Of a stretch of 64,000 bases of DNA, positions 38,420 to 50,950 are shown one piece after another. The DNA lies in contig JAUZTB010000017.1 of NCBI GenBank assembly GCA_034780895.1, forward strand, positions 22,363,590-22,427,589, read 5' to 3'. Both the position numbers and the translations under genes were made by a program. Origin of the DNA: Rhynchobatus australiae (taxonomy: Eukaryota). Every line of letters begins with the position of its first letter. Position 1 is the stretch's first letter. The notes below the pieces were generated by a model. The model saw nothing but the letters and a program-made list of their open reading frames with translations, searched no databases and was not told the origin of the DNA.

Positions 38420-41400
38420 CTAAGGTAAAAATACAAAATTCATTATGAAACAGTAATTAACATACATAGTACAACAAGAATTGTTGTTTATATGTGTCTT
38501 GAAGTAATGCTTAGTCTATTCACCATTTCACTGAGGTTTCTATCCAGCTAACGCTGAGCTGTGATGAAAGCTGGCAATGTACATTATAATCAGAACAGCC
38601 TGGCCAACAACGGTGCTTCTGTGGCAGAAAAGGCCAGATCACAATTCTGAGAATACTAAAAAGCTCTTGAATATAGTGAAGTGACTATGACATGGCTTAC
38701 TTTTCTGAAGGGATGGAGAATACCAGTTCAGAGGTTATGCCACTTCATTGCTTACACTTGAAAAAATATGAACATGACAGTGCTTAAAGAAACACCAGAA
38801 TCAAGCCTATTTGTATTCAACTTTCACAACCCCTCTAGATCACATGGCCTCAAAACTCATAGCAGTCATTTTGCAGGGAAAAGGTTGAATCACTATATCT
38901 TGAATTTACTCAGATCCTGTAATAAACAATGGAAATCCTGCTAATTTCTTTGAAGATAAATGTGCTCCTTGAATTTCATGACCTGATAGCATAGCCTATG
39001 TATTTTATATATGAAAAATATAGACACATACCAACATTCTCAGTCTCACCATTGCTTCTAACCCCCAAGAAGAGTATTTAATACAATTTCTAAAAATGTC
39101 TAGTCTTATGGAACCATTGTTTGCCTTTCAACAAATTCTAAGTTTCCTCAAAGATGAACTTCATCCAACTTGAAAGTTGATTTTATACCTGGGGAGGTCA
39201 ATAACAATTCTCTTGAAGTCTTGTACAATATAGAAGATAAAAACATGTTATTTAATGGCTGGTTCTTGCTTCACTTCCTCATCCCATGCAACTGCCAGTA
39301 TTATGGTGAAAGCCTTTTTGAACTTCACCTCCAAGTCAAACCTTTCCAGTATTCCCTTTTGTTCCATCACCTACTTTTGTCATTTGATTTCTCTTGCCTT
39401 CCACTGTCATTGACTTTCCCTTTTGGTTCTATCCTTCTGCATCTTACACCTGTTTATCTTAAACTTTTCCCAGTTTTGATAAAACCTAGTGTAAACTCCT
39501 CATCTCTCTCTACATATGTTGCCTGAAAATACCTGTTAAGTATTTTCACCGCTGTTTTTATTTCACAACATACCTACCCTCTCCCGTTTTAGAGTAGCTG
39601 TAAACAAAAGAACCTTCCTCCCAAATCCTTACTACAGTCAGATCAAATCTCATTGCCCAATGTTCATCCACTTAATATCAAACAATTAGTGTTCCTGTGC
39701 TAAATGAAATGCATGCAGCTGTGTTTAGTGTTTGTAGCCTAATAGTGCCAAAGTGTAACTTCAGGCTCCATGAAGAAAAGCACTAATGAAAAAAATCTTC
39801 TGTGAGAAGTCAGCTACAAATATCACCCTTCTACTCCTTGACTAGCCATGTGTTAAGGAATATACAGTATGTTTTGATCACTAAGGTTTGAATATAATTG
39901 ATCAATCTACTCTACATCAGCATGCCATGGTTCATTAAGCCTGGGGGATCTTGCACTGGTGAGAAAAGAATCTAAAGGACTGATACAGCTAAACCACGTA
40001 CAGAGAGATTTTCCTGTATATGTACTCTGATGCTTTGGATTGCCTGGGTCCAACTCATATAGGAAAATGCCAGAATGGGCCAGGCTCCTGTGTAAACGTA
40101 CTCACTGACCTGTCAATTTTATATTAACCCAGACTGCTTGTGGAAGCAGAAGAATGTACTCTTTTAACTAAAATTTATGATGCACAAACTTTAATCAAAG
40201 TCTTCACTTTCTTTTACAATTTTAGTTTGCTTAGTAAACTAAAACAGATGATTTTATAGTTGTACAGCTATCTCTAGATTAAACCCCAGTGACAAAAAAT
40301 GTTCTTATAATTTGGATGAATTTCTGGCATCAATGGGTATTACAATCTGCAAGTTCTTCAAAATAAAAGTACCAAGAAGCAAAATTCAGTAGCGATAAAA
40401 GCGGAGATGTTTCCTTCAAATACATTTATGGAGTGTTAGATTTCAATTTTTTCTGGGTAGCTGTGTTGACTATTATTGTTCCACTGCCAAAAATAAAATC
40501 TACTAGACATTAGCTGTCAGAAAAAAAAACTAGAACTATTTCATTTTTATCTGTTTTTCATCATATTTTTCCAGGTTTAATTCACAAACAAATTAATCCT
40601 ACAAAATTCTAATGCTTCGCACTCTCATCTGAACAATGAAATTCCCCTTACCCTGGTTTGGGAAGGCATTGGCAAAGCAATATGGGCCCAAACANNNNNN
40701 NCACATTAAATTAAGAAATGTCTGAAATTGATACTGCAAGGACCTGAATATAATATTCATTCTAAAACATAAATATAGTGCATGAACAAGGCATGGAGGA
40801 AATTAAGTCCTGGAAATTATTGTTTGCAATGTTACAAACTCTTGACATAATTTAATGGCATTTTTTTGTATCTGCTTTTTTAAACATTAAAAAGGATTTT
40901 GCCTAAATGACATTAATCTTAAAACCCTACTAAATGATTTTTAAGCTCTTTTTTCCTGAAATTTGTATGGGGTGCTTTTTGAGCATCAGAAAGTCATGCA
41001 TTAATTAATGAGTCAATCTAAGAAAATATTTCTCAGTGAAAAAGTTGTTTGAAAGCAGGAAGGTCTTAATATTTCTATTCTTTCTCCTCCTTAGTTTCCC
41101 ATTTCTCTTGCTATGACAGGGAAACCATTAATTTTATCCGTAAAAGGAATTCATGGAGTTAAGAGTCATAAATTTATGAACTTATTCCATCTCACTAAAA
41201 TGAGCATCTTCTATTAAAATTTTAAGAAAGTTTCACCAAATTAACTGCATCAATCATAAAATTCAGCCATACCTTTAGCTGAAAGAGGATACTAATAGTT
41301 CTATTTCAGTCTCTTAAGTTGAGACCCAAGTATCCAGAGTAAGACACGGGCCTCCTGATCAGAACTCTTATATAACTGCAGATACCAAAAGTAATTGAAT

Positions 41401-41614
41401 AAAATAGTTTAACTTCCTCAGGGCAGAAAAGGGTATCCAAACATAAGCACATGTACTCAACCATAATCAGGTTTATATTTTATGTTTCTGACTGATGTTA
41501 GATGAATTTTTGGTTATTTTTCTATATATGGAAAATTCCAATCATTTTCAATTACCAGACTAGTAGCTGTCTACATTATTTTCAGAATGGGGATAAAAAC
41601 AATCTCACCCATCC

Positions 41615-42190
41615 TGAGGAACAGCACCTCATATTCCTGGACAATCTCCAACCTGGCAGCATGCACATTGAATTCTCAAATTTCCGGTAACCGCCTCCTT
41701 TCTGTCCCTTTTTCCCTTTCCTCTTTTCTTTCTCCTCCTAATCCACCTGGGCCCCATCACCATGTCTCTTTCCCCTCCTCCACCCTCTCCATCTGCCCAT
41801 CACCCACAACCTCCTTCCACGGGTTCCCCTCCCCCACTCCCTCCCTTTATTCCATGCTCCACCTTCTCCTATCAGATTCTATCATCTTCAGCCCTTTGTC
41901 ACTTCTACCTATCACCTTCCAGCTTCTGACATCATCCCCATTCCCCCCTTCCTCATCTGCCTATCACCTCCCTCACATGGATCCACCTATCACCTGCCAG
42001 CTCTTGTTCCACTCCTTCCCTCCACTTTTCTATACTGACCATCTCCCCTCCTTCTTTCAATCCAGATGAAGGGTCTTGACCCGAAACGTCGACTGTCCAT
42101 TTCACTCCACAGATGCTGCCTGACCCATTGAGTTCCTCCAATACTTTGTGTGTTGCTCCATATTCCAGCATCTGCAGTCTCTTGTGGCTC
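41615..42190 (+). mobile_element. Penelope-like element 3' end (GIY-YIG C-terminus, UTR, terminal repeat with hammerhead motif)
   Basis: EEQHLIFLDNLQPGSMHIEFSNFR* (cf. EQHLIFRLG.LQP.GMNIEF); pyrimidine-rich UTR; 'caatccagatgaagggtcttgacccgaaacgtcgactg'. Confidence 0.85.
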
Positions 42191-43589
42191 CAATTAATTC
42201 CATGTCCCTGTTCTTACCCATGGCCTTGTAATTTTTTAACTTTAATCTTGAATTTGTTTCCTCCATTCTTTCCAACAATCCAGTCCATAATAAAAGATTT
42301 CATTGAAAAGACTATTTGTTGTGGTTCCATTGGTTTTTATGAATAATAGCCACGTGAATCATAGAGAAATGGAGCGCTACATGGGAGGGAAGGGTTAGAT
42401 AGATCTTAGAGCAGGATAAAATATCGGCATAACATTGTGGGCCATACTGTGCTGTAATGTTCTATCTATATCAAATATTTTAAAACTGCCACTGTAAGTC
42501 ACTCATCCTTCTGCCACTGGAAACCATTTTTCCTTATTTTCTCTCTCAAACCATTCAAGATCTCCTTTTATCCTCCTGTGCCTTTTGAGAACAATTCAAG
42601 CTTTTCCAGAAATCTGGATCTCCTCAGTATGTTCCTCCTATATAACATTCTTGTAAATCTCTTCTGCACCTCTTTAGAGCCCTGATTTTGTTCTTAAAGT
42701 GTGGTGTACTGCATTAAAAACAACATCAGTTCAGTGTTTTTTTTTATATACAGGTTAATCGTACTTTAATTCTCTATTAATGTTTTCTGCAGATAGCCTG
42801 CTCATAAGGGATTACTGGTTGACAGTTATTTGATGAAAAATGGTCAAAGCACAGTTAGCAAGATCACATTCTAGATGAGTACGAGGACTCTGAAAAGGTC
42901 ACCAGACAAAGAGACTCCATGAGCAGTCATACTCTGCATGAAGATGAAATAATGATCAGCTGGATTGGATCATCCACTCCTACCATCATCCTACCTCTCC
43001 AATGCCTTCTCTCACCATCCTCCATCCAAAGAAATATTATAACTGAAGCAAAAATTCAACCCACCCCTGGCAACAGGAATCAACCAAACTCCACCCTGCC
43101 CTCCCTTGGAATAGAAATATAGTATAATGGCCATAGGCACATGTCAACCACACCCCATCGCCATTGCCAAGAAAAAAAGTCTGGGATGAGAGATGAATCA
43201 TTGTGATCTATCACTCCAAAGATGCACACCAATTTCACAACTGGGAAATGGAAATCTATGAAAGCTTGAAACAATTAAAAATTGTTTTACAACCCTATGC
43301 AACACTTACAACATTTTAATATTAACACTGGTATAAGTTAAATGATGTGAGGTCTTTAATTTTCATATAGTGATGGAGATTAACGTAGGCAGGGAACAGA
43401 AGGATACAGACCATGTGCAGGCAAAAGGGATTAGTTAGATTGGCAAAATGGTCGGTGCAGACAAGAGGTGCTGAGGGGCCTGTTCCAATGCTGTTCTGTT
43501 CTGAGTTCTAATTCATTGAAATTGCTGATGTTCTTAACTGTATTGTTAACCAGTAAATATAGTTTTCTTTTCATTAATGAGTCAAAAGG

Positions 43590-44470
43590 CATAAAAACAG
43601 CAGATATTGGAAAACAGAAAATGTTGGAAATACTAAGCAGTTGAGACAATATATGTGGAGAGAGAAACAAAGTTAAAGTTTTAGGGTAATGAACTTTCAT
43701 CAGAGTTCTGGAAAAGGTAGAAGTCAAAGAGTTGGAAGGCACAGAGAGAACAAAGGGGATATCTGTAATAGGGTGGAGACCAAGAGAGGCTGAATGACAA
43801 AAATGGTGTTAGTGCACAATGAGAGAGGGTGAAGACTTGTTAACTGCAATTGTGCTTCCTGCATGAACTGTGAATAGTAAGGAGATGAATGAGAAGAGAA
43901 GAGAGAAAGAAGTGTAAGGGAAATGTGAGATACAAAATGTCGCAGTTTTTGGAAACCTGAAATAGAAGGTAATACCCATCAGATTATGTGACATCTATGA
44001 AGAGGCAAAAACTGAGTTGACATTACAGGTTAATAACATTTCATCAGAACTGGCCAGTTTCTACAAGTACTGGAACATCTGGTTATCTGATATTCTTGAA
44101 TTTATTGTTGAGTCCTGTTGGCTGTAACATTCCTCATGGGAAAATTAAATCCTGTTCCTTGACCTTATATTTGGCCTTGTTGAAATAGTGTAAATGGACG
44201 AAGACAGAGGAGTCAGAGTAGAAGTGGGGTGGAAAAACAAGAGGTGACCATGAACTTAGTCACCCAATCTGCATTTGGTTTTTCCATTGCTCGGGAAACC
44301 ACATTAAGAGCACCAAATATATTGCACAAAATTAGAAGTACAATTGCTGCTCTGCCTAGAGTATTAGAGTCCCTCGGTGGTGGGAAGGATAGAAGTAAAA
44401 GAATGGGTGTTGAATCTGCTACAAGCGCATTGGAAGGTGCCATGGCAGGGAAGTGGTGGAGATGGTTGCC
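43590..44470 (-). mobile_element. Penelope-like element remnant with two tandem terminal-repeat hammerhead remnants
   Basis: Minus-strand CTGATGA motifs at about 43670-43707 and 44015-44052; GIY-YIG-like debris at 44090-44400. Confidence 0.7.
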
Positions 44471-45599
44471 TTTTTAATGAAAAAAAATTATACTTTTATA
44501 ACAGTCTTTGTCCTCTTTTGGAGTAATGTAAATGGTTAGCAAAAGATTTAATCCTGGGGTTGGCACTTTCTAGCAACATTTCACCATATTTTGTTGAAAT
44601 CTATATTTTAATTAGAATTGTTAAAGGGAGAAATTTTATCTCTAATGTATTTTACACAAATGCATGCCCAAGGGTTAAAGACTGGAATACGTTTGCTGTT
44701 TATCTATGGTGCTTTTTGCACAATGATACAAAAGGTAAATGCAGGATGCTCTTCCCTAAGCACACAGCTTGTTTTTTCTGATGGAAGGAACTGATAAGTT
44801 TCCTAATAAGGTCACATTGCAAACCATTTGTAGCAGTATTAGATGCCTGTGCATTCAACCATAACATTGTCAATTCACACTATATTTTGTAGTTGTCACT
44901 TTCTTAAATTTAAGTCACAATTCATATGCGTGAAGCTTGTTTTATTTCTTAATAATGCTTTTGGGAATTATTGTATTTCTCCTTTGATTAATCTGCCATC
45001 AAAAGTGCAGTTCTAGAGTCCCCAACCTTATCCTGAATTTCTTACAATCTCCACAGCAGGTTGTTTGGCAGCATTTTAAAGCTATACCAGTTTTATGTTA
45101 ATTGCAAAGCAATATCTCTAAATTGCCTTCATGTACTTGAAATCATTACACAATGAACTACTACAGACTTAAGTAAGTCTGGGTGTATGCTGTAGATATT
45201 ACAGAGAAAGGCAGTCTTTGTCATGAAGAGATTGTTTTGTGATGAAGAAGAAATAGTTTTGAGAGTTAAATAAGATGTCAGATTTATAAGCTATTTGGAT
45301 CATCCTGGGAGCCAGGAGGGGCCTGGAGTTAGTGGAGAAGGTAGAGAATGGGTTTGAGGATAATAAACTCAGCCAGATTATTCAATACCCAGCATGCTGC
45401 CCAGATTTGCCACCCAACTAGACTCTGTTTTTCCAAATTCAAATTTGCATCCAAGTTGAGGATCACTGAACAACACACACATATATATTCGCTTAGAAGA
45501 ACAGCATTGCAAATTCAACTGTATATATAACTGTAAATATAACTGTCTGCATGTATAGAGATCCACACTATCAGAACTGGAATAGACCTTTCAAACACA

Positions 45600-46460
45600 C
45601 AACCTTACTTCAGTATTCTGTTTGATCACAGGTGATCTGTACTTCAAATGCTTTCATCCACCTTGGTTCCTTACCCTTAGTACTTTTACTTAACTCTCTT
45701 ACCTGAAAGAATTGTCAACCTCTGTTTTGAAATCTTTAATTGACCTAACTTCAACTTGTAGTGAGAGTTCCAGATATTGACTACCATGCATAAAATGTGT
45801 TGTCTGATATCAGTGCTGATGATAAGAGGAAGCTCCAATTTTAAGGTTATTCCCCCTCTTTATTCTGGATCTTCCACCAGAGAAGATAATTTCTTCTACA
45901 TCTACTCTATAAAATCCTTTAATTATTTGAATTGCCTCGATTAGATTACCTGTTGAATTTGCAATGCTCTCCCTTCAAGAGAATATATTTTTCCTGAGGT
46001 GTGATACCCAGAACTGAACACATTACTCCAAATGGAGTCTAATCAGGACTCTATACAGCTGTAACACTTTCCATTCCTCTGTATTATAGTCTTCTTGAGG
46101 TAAAGGCAGACATTTCACTATGTTTTTAATTTTTTTTTCCCTGCAGATGAGTCTTAACAATTTCTCTGTTTGGACTCCTAAGACCCCTGCACAGTGTTCC
46201 CAACTTCCCACTATTTAGCAAACTTTAATCTTTCTTATGTGGCTGACACATAATTTTCCATAACTGATTTCCATTTTACAGCTTTGATCACTCATTTAAT
46301 CCAGCTATCTCCCTTTGCTCTACTGTACATTATTAATTATGTCATCTAATTCAGTGCCACCAGCAAAGTGAGAAAGACAGCTCCCTATTTCTTCATCTAA
46401 GTCATCCACAAATGGAGTCAAAAGCTAAAACTCACAGTTCCAAGGGGCACTAGTCACATG
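45600..46460 (-). mobile_element. CR1 LINE 3' portion, degenerate
   Basis: ORF 46023-46211(-) ends VLQLYRVLIRLHLE; followed by 'tgttcagttctgggtatcacacctcagg' (VQFW.PHLR). Confidence 0.8.
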
Positions 46461-47076
46461 CTGATGAACTACTTCATCAAAAAAATCATACATGACTGCA
46501 AAACTTTAATTGAATATAATTCTGACTGTTAAAAGTAAAAGATGTCAGGACTTCTAGACTTTAAATATGCATTTTATTGATGTAGCCTTAATACTAGAAA
46601 GATAACATTTATTAACCTCTAAACTGGATACAGTCTTTGTTATGTAAAAATCAGCAAAGTTTTCCTTAAAAGGCAGGAAGACATTATTTCCTGGAAAATA
46701 AGCAACAATAAATATAATGAATGGTATACTTAAACTGCATAAAATCTGCTGAGGTTTTGGCTTCACATTCTCCCTTGTGAAAATTAGCACATTTCAGCCT
46801 AATGGACTATGTCTGATATAGAGCATTAATATATTGACACTGAGTTTTTGTCCAAAAGATATGACTCATTTTGCCCAACTAAGCAATATTTAATTTTTTG
46901 TTGATAAACATTCTAATCTAAAAAGTCCAGCAAATTATTGCAAAAGATGTTAGAAAGATACTAAAAGTACCTGGCAACGATTGTGTCTACTTGATTCCAC
47001 TATGAATAATTATTTATGAAGCATTAGGCATAGGCCACTTTGTTATGTGAGAAACAGGAAAAATAAAGATGCCGAC

Positions 47077-47210
47077 CTTTCCATGAAGGTTGCTGGATTG
47101 TTCCTGGTGATCTCCATCCAGGAGGTAAGGAACGACTCGCTCATATTGTTGCAGCTGTTTTAGATGGTCTTGTTGCCTAGGCGATGACAATTTACTGGAC
47201 AAAATATTGC
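47077..47210 (-). CDS. ADAM12: ADAM-family metalloprotease, internal coding exon (prodomain start; equivalent to ADAM12 exon 2)
   Basis: Minus strand reads ...gtacttacag|GCAATATTTTG...CATGGAAAG|gtcggc. 134 bp, phase 1 to phase 0, the only open frame: xNILSSKLSSPRQQDHLKQLQQYERVVPYLLDGDHQEQSSNLHGK. 'YERVVPYLLDG' resembles the ADAM12/19/33 prodomain start. Its phase joins the 38346-38419 exon in frame. Confidence 0.8.
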
Positions 47211-47459
47211 CTGTAAGTACATCATTGTTATTAAAGATCAGGAAATGGACCATGTTCCCATATGTACCATTATGTGGCAAACTTGTTCAGATACATTTAT
47301 GTGTCAAGAGGGAAAAATATAAGGTATATTTTGCAGCAGTAGGTACAGTATGTTAAGCCTTGAATTTAAAATTCTGTTACAGCAAAGATCTTACAAGCAA
47401 AAGGGCAAAGTCTCAGCTTTTACCCTTCTACCCCAAATAAGACCAAATCTGGTTCACCG

Positions 47460-47880
47460 GATTGAAGCTTTGGATGGGGGAATTGTCCTATGTGACTAAG
47501 CGGACTGGGCCTGTACTTTCCAGAGCTTAGAAAAGAAATGATCTCATTGCAATATACAAAATTGTANNNNNNNNNNCAGGGTAGATGCATGGATAATGTT
47601 TCCCCAGGTGTGTTGTGCAGTATCAGAAGTCCCAGTTTCAGAATAAGGAGTCAGCACCACAAGAGATATCTATTCACCCAGAGGGTTGTGAACTGTGGAA
47701 TTCTCAGCCCAAGGTTGGAGGCTCAGTCCCTGAGTACATTCAAAACAGAGGTTGACTGATATTTGGATAATAGGAAAAGGCGATATAGGGTTAGTACAGG
47801 TAAGTGATGGTGAGGTAAAAGATCAGCCATTGCAAAGCAGGTGCAAGGGTCCAAAAGGCCTTCTCCTATTTTCCTTTTTC
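47460..47880 (+). mobile_element. CR1 LINE 3' end
   Basis: LFTQRVVNCGILS...EAQSLSTFKTEVD (CR1 FTQRVV..WN.LP motif) plus 3' UTR. Confidence 0.8.
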
Positions 47881-47989
47881 CTGTTCTTAAACTCTCTCGC
47901 TTAGAACACTGGAAAACGATAAATGCAATTGCCTTTTCAAATGCTTTAAATAATATCATACGTGATCATTTCTTGACATGGTTAATGTA

Positions 47990-49400
47990 TTTTTTATGTA
48001 TTCATTTTATGGATCTGGGCATCACTGGCTAAGCTGGCAATTATTGCCAGTCCCTGATTAACCTTGAGAAGGTGGTGGTGATCTGCCTTCTTGAACCACG
48101 CAATCTTTCTGATGAAGCTTCTCCCATAGCTGAGGATTCCAGGCTCTAGGACAGCAAGATATTTCCAAATCAGGATGGTGTGCAACTTGGAGGCGAAGCT
48201 GTAATTGATGGTGTTGCCATGCCCTTGAAACCTTTGTGGTAGAAGTCATGGAATTGGAAGCTGCTGTTGGGAATAGCAGAGATAAGCCATTGCATTCTGT
48301 TTTGTAAATGGAACACAGTCCACAGCCACAGGAAATGAATGTCTAGAGTGTGAATGAGATACCAATCAAGTGGGCTGCTTCATCCTGGATAGTGTCAAAT
48401 ATTGTTGGACCTGTCTGGTATTGCCTCACACTGTTAGCTTATGCCTTATAGATGGAGGAAAGGCTTTGGAATTTCAAGAAGTGAGCCACTGACCACAAGA
48501 CTCTCAGCCTATAACCTGTTCTTCAAGCTATGATATTTATGTGGCAGATCTAATTGATTTCTAGTCATGATATTACTGGTGGGAACTCAGTCATGGTAAT
48601 GCCATTGAATATCAAGGACTGCTGGTGAGACTCACTCTTGTTGGAAATGGTCATTGCCTGGCACTTTTGCAGTGTCAATGTAATGACCCACTGATTGGCC
48701 CAGATGCGAATGTTGTCTAAATCTTGCCGCATGCAAGCAACAACCACTTCTTTTGTCAAGGAGTTGTGAATGGAATTGAACATTGTGCAATCATCAGCCA
48801 ACATCCCCATTTCTGACCTTGTAATGGAAGGAAGATCAGTAACGCAGCAGCTGAAAATATTTGGGCATAAGACATTTCCCCGTGAGCTCCTACAGAGATA
48901 TTCTTGGGCTGGGATGATTGACCTCCTACAATCAACCATCTTACTTTGCGCGTGGTATGAATCCAACCAGTGGAGTATTTTCCTTTGATATGCACTAACT
49001 TCAGTTTTACCAAGGCTTTTTGATGTTTCAACAACAGCTTCTTCCCCACTGCCATCAGGTTCTTGAACCGACCTGAAAAACCCTGACACTACCTCAGACT
49101 ATATTTCTTTTTTCCCTCTCAACTTGCACTAACATCATTTTGTTGATTTTAGTTCACTTTGTTGTGTAAGTTATGTATGATTTATGTTAATTTTAAGTCA
49201 ATGTTAACTTATGTTGTCATGTTAGTAATGTACAGTGCTGCTGCTGCAATAAGCTAACTTTTATGGCATTTATACCCTGAGTAAGTATGCCTATGACAAT
49301 AAACTTAAACTTGAAGCTTGAATTTGAATACCTAAACAATTGCTGCCTTGATGTCAAGGGCCATCACTCTCACTTCAATCTGCAATGGACCAAAGCCATG
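47990..49400 (-). mobile_element. CR1-group LINE RT and 3' end, interrupted by a nested insertion
   Basis: ORF 48565-49089(-) contains GNVLCPNIFSCCVTDLPSITRSEMGMLADDCT...QDLDNIRIWANQW...KCQAMTIS; ALDIKAA resumes at about 49335-49360. Confidence 0.85.
49028..49325 (+). mobile_element. Rex1/Babar-type 3' tail nested in the CR1-group LINE
   Basis: 'aacagcttcttccccactgccatcaggttcttgaac' (NSFFPTAIRFLN), UTR, then 'gacaataaacttaaacttgaa'. Confidence 0.75.
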
Positions 49401-49494
49401 ATGACTTCTGGACCAAGTGGCTTCATTGCTTGTTACATCAGAAGTGCTTACTGGAATTGTGAAAACCTATACCAATTACTCAGTGGAGATGAAA

Positions 49495-49712
49495 ATAAAA
49501 AAAAAACTGCAGATGATGGAAATCTCAAATAAAAGCAGAAAATGCTGTAAATGCTCAGCAGGTGAGGCCGCATCTGTGGGGAGAGAAACAGAGTAAACAT
49601 TTCAGGTCAAAGACCCTTCACCAGAACTGACAAAGGGTCTTCGAACTAAAACTTTTTCTCTTCCCACACAGCTGGCCTGACCTACTGAGTATTTCCAGCA
49701 TTTTCTGCTTTT
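49495..49712. mobile_element. Penelope-terminal-repeat-derived fold-back element
   Basis: 'aaagcagaaaatgctgtaaatgctcagcaggtgaggcc' versus 'ggcctgacctactgagtatttccagcattttctgcttt'; central back-to-back hammerhead remnants. Confidence 0.8.
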
Positions 49713-50569
49713 ACTCACAGGAGACAGTTTGCGACGTAGAGATGTACCATTGCAGAGATTCTACAGTTTGCCACAGAAAGAGACAAAATTTGGAGGGAGA
49801 ATCACCATTCTCCAGCATTCCTGACTGCATCATTGTGGAACACCTTTCAGGTATTGGCCTTAGATCTTTGGTGGAACTCTCATCTCTGGGACAGAAGATC
49901 ATATTTTTAAATCCAAGTCCAGAGACTTAATTTATCATATTTATGTTGGATGGCCTGAAACCATCTTTTGCTTGATACATTTAATTAAGACCTATATGTG
50001 GAGTTCATACCATAGGAAAATGGCTGGGGAAAAAACTTAGAAATGCTTTCAAAGGGAAGGAATGCTTTTAAAAGGAAATTAGAGCACGTGAGCAAAAAGA
50101 AAACAGAAAGATATACCGAGAGGCAAAAAGATGAGGTACCTGGAATGGAAAGAGACTCATGTGGACTATAAATAGCAGCACACATCTGAAAGGCATGTTT
50201 TTGTTCCAAGTAAAGACCCATGGAATTTTTTTGAAGGGGTTCGCTGGTCATTCATTTTACTGCTGTTTCTGGGGTCTTGCTGCAAAAACATTAGCTGCTG
50301 TGTTTCCTCTATTGTAATTGTGTCAAAACTTCAAAAATAATTCATAGACTGTAAAATGTTCAGGGACCTCGAGGTCAAGAAATGTGTTACCCAAGTGCAA
50401 GCTATTTTGTTTCCTTTCTTTTATTGGTATTACATTGGGAACAGGTAATATGCTCAACCAGCAGAAGACACATGATTTAGGAAGACCCATAAATCAGAAA
50501 AAGGAAAACATAGCATTCAAAATCATAGTGGTTGAAATTTGACAGATACTTTGACATAAATAATCAATG

Positions 50570-50950
50570 TCAGTCGTGAGTCAGTTGGTGGCATTCTTAC
50601 CTCCAGGTTAAATGTTTGTGCATCCAGGTCCTACTCCAGAAATTTGAGCACAAAAATAATACTGAGGGAGTGAAGCAAATGTTTAATCATTCCAATGAGA
50701 TACTTAGCTGTGGCCTTGACTTGCTCCTCAGGTGATAATAAAAGTTCACAAGATGAGCAGAGAAATTCTTCTGGTGTTTTGGTTAATACTCATTATTTAA
50801 TCAATATATAAAAAATAGACATTGGACTAAATCAGATAGGGCGTTAAAATAGCTGTGGTGATTGTAATATGCAATGAAGTCATGCATGTTGCTTCCAATG
50901 GCCACTTGCATGATTGCAACACATAGCCAGTATCGTCCATTGGAGGTCCA
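50570..50950 (+). mobile_element. Deu-domain SINE, degenerate
   Basis: 'gtcagttggtggcattcttacc...ggtcctactccagaaatttgagcac...tactgagggagtg...ccaatgagatac'. Confidence 0.55.

Noticed and set aside
41587-42069. 160-aa Ser/Pro-rich ORF
   Set aside because: Translation of the pyrimidine-rich Penelope 3' UTR
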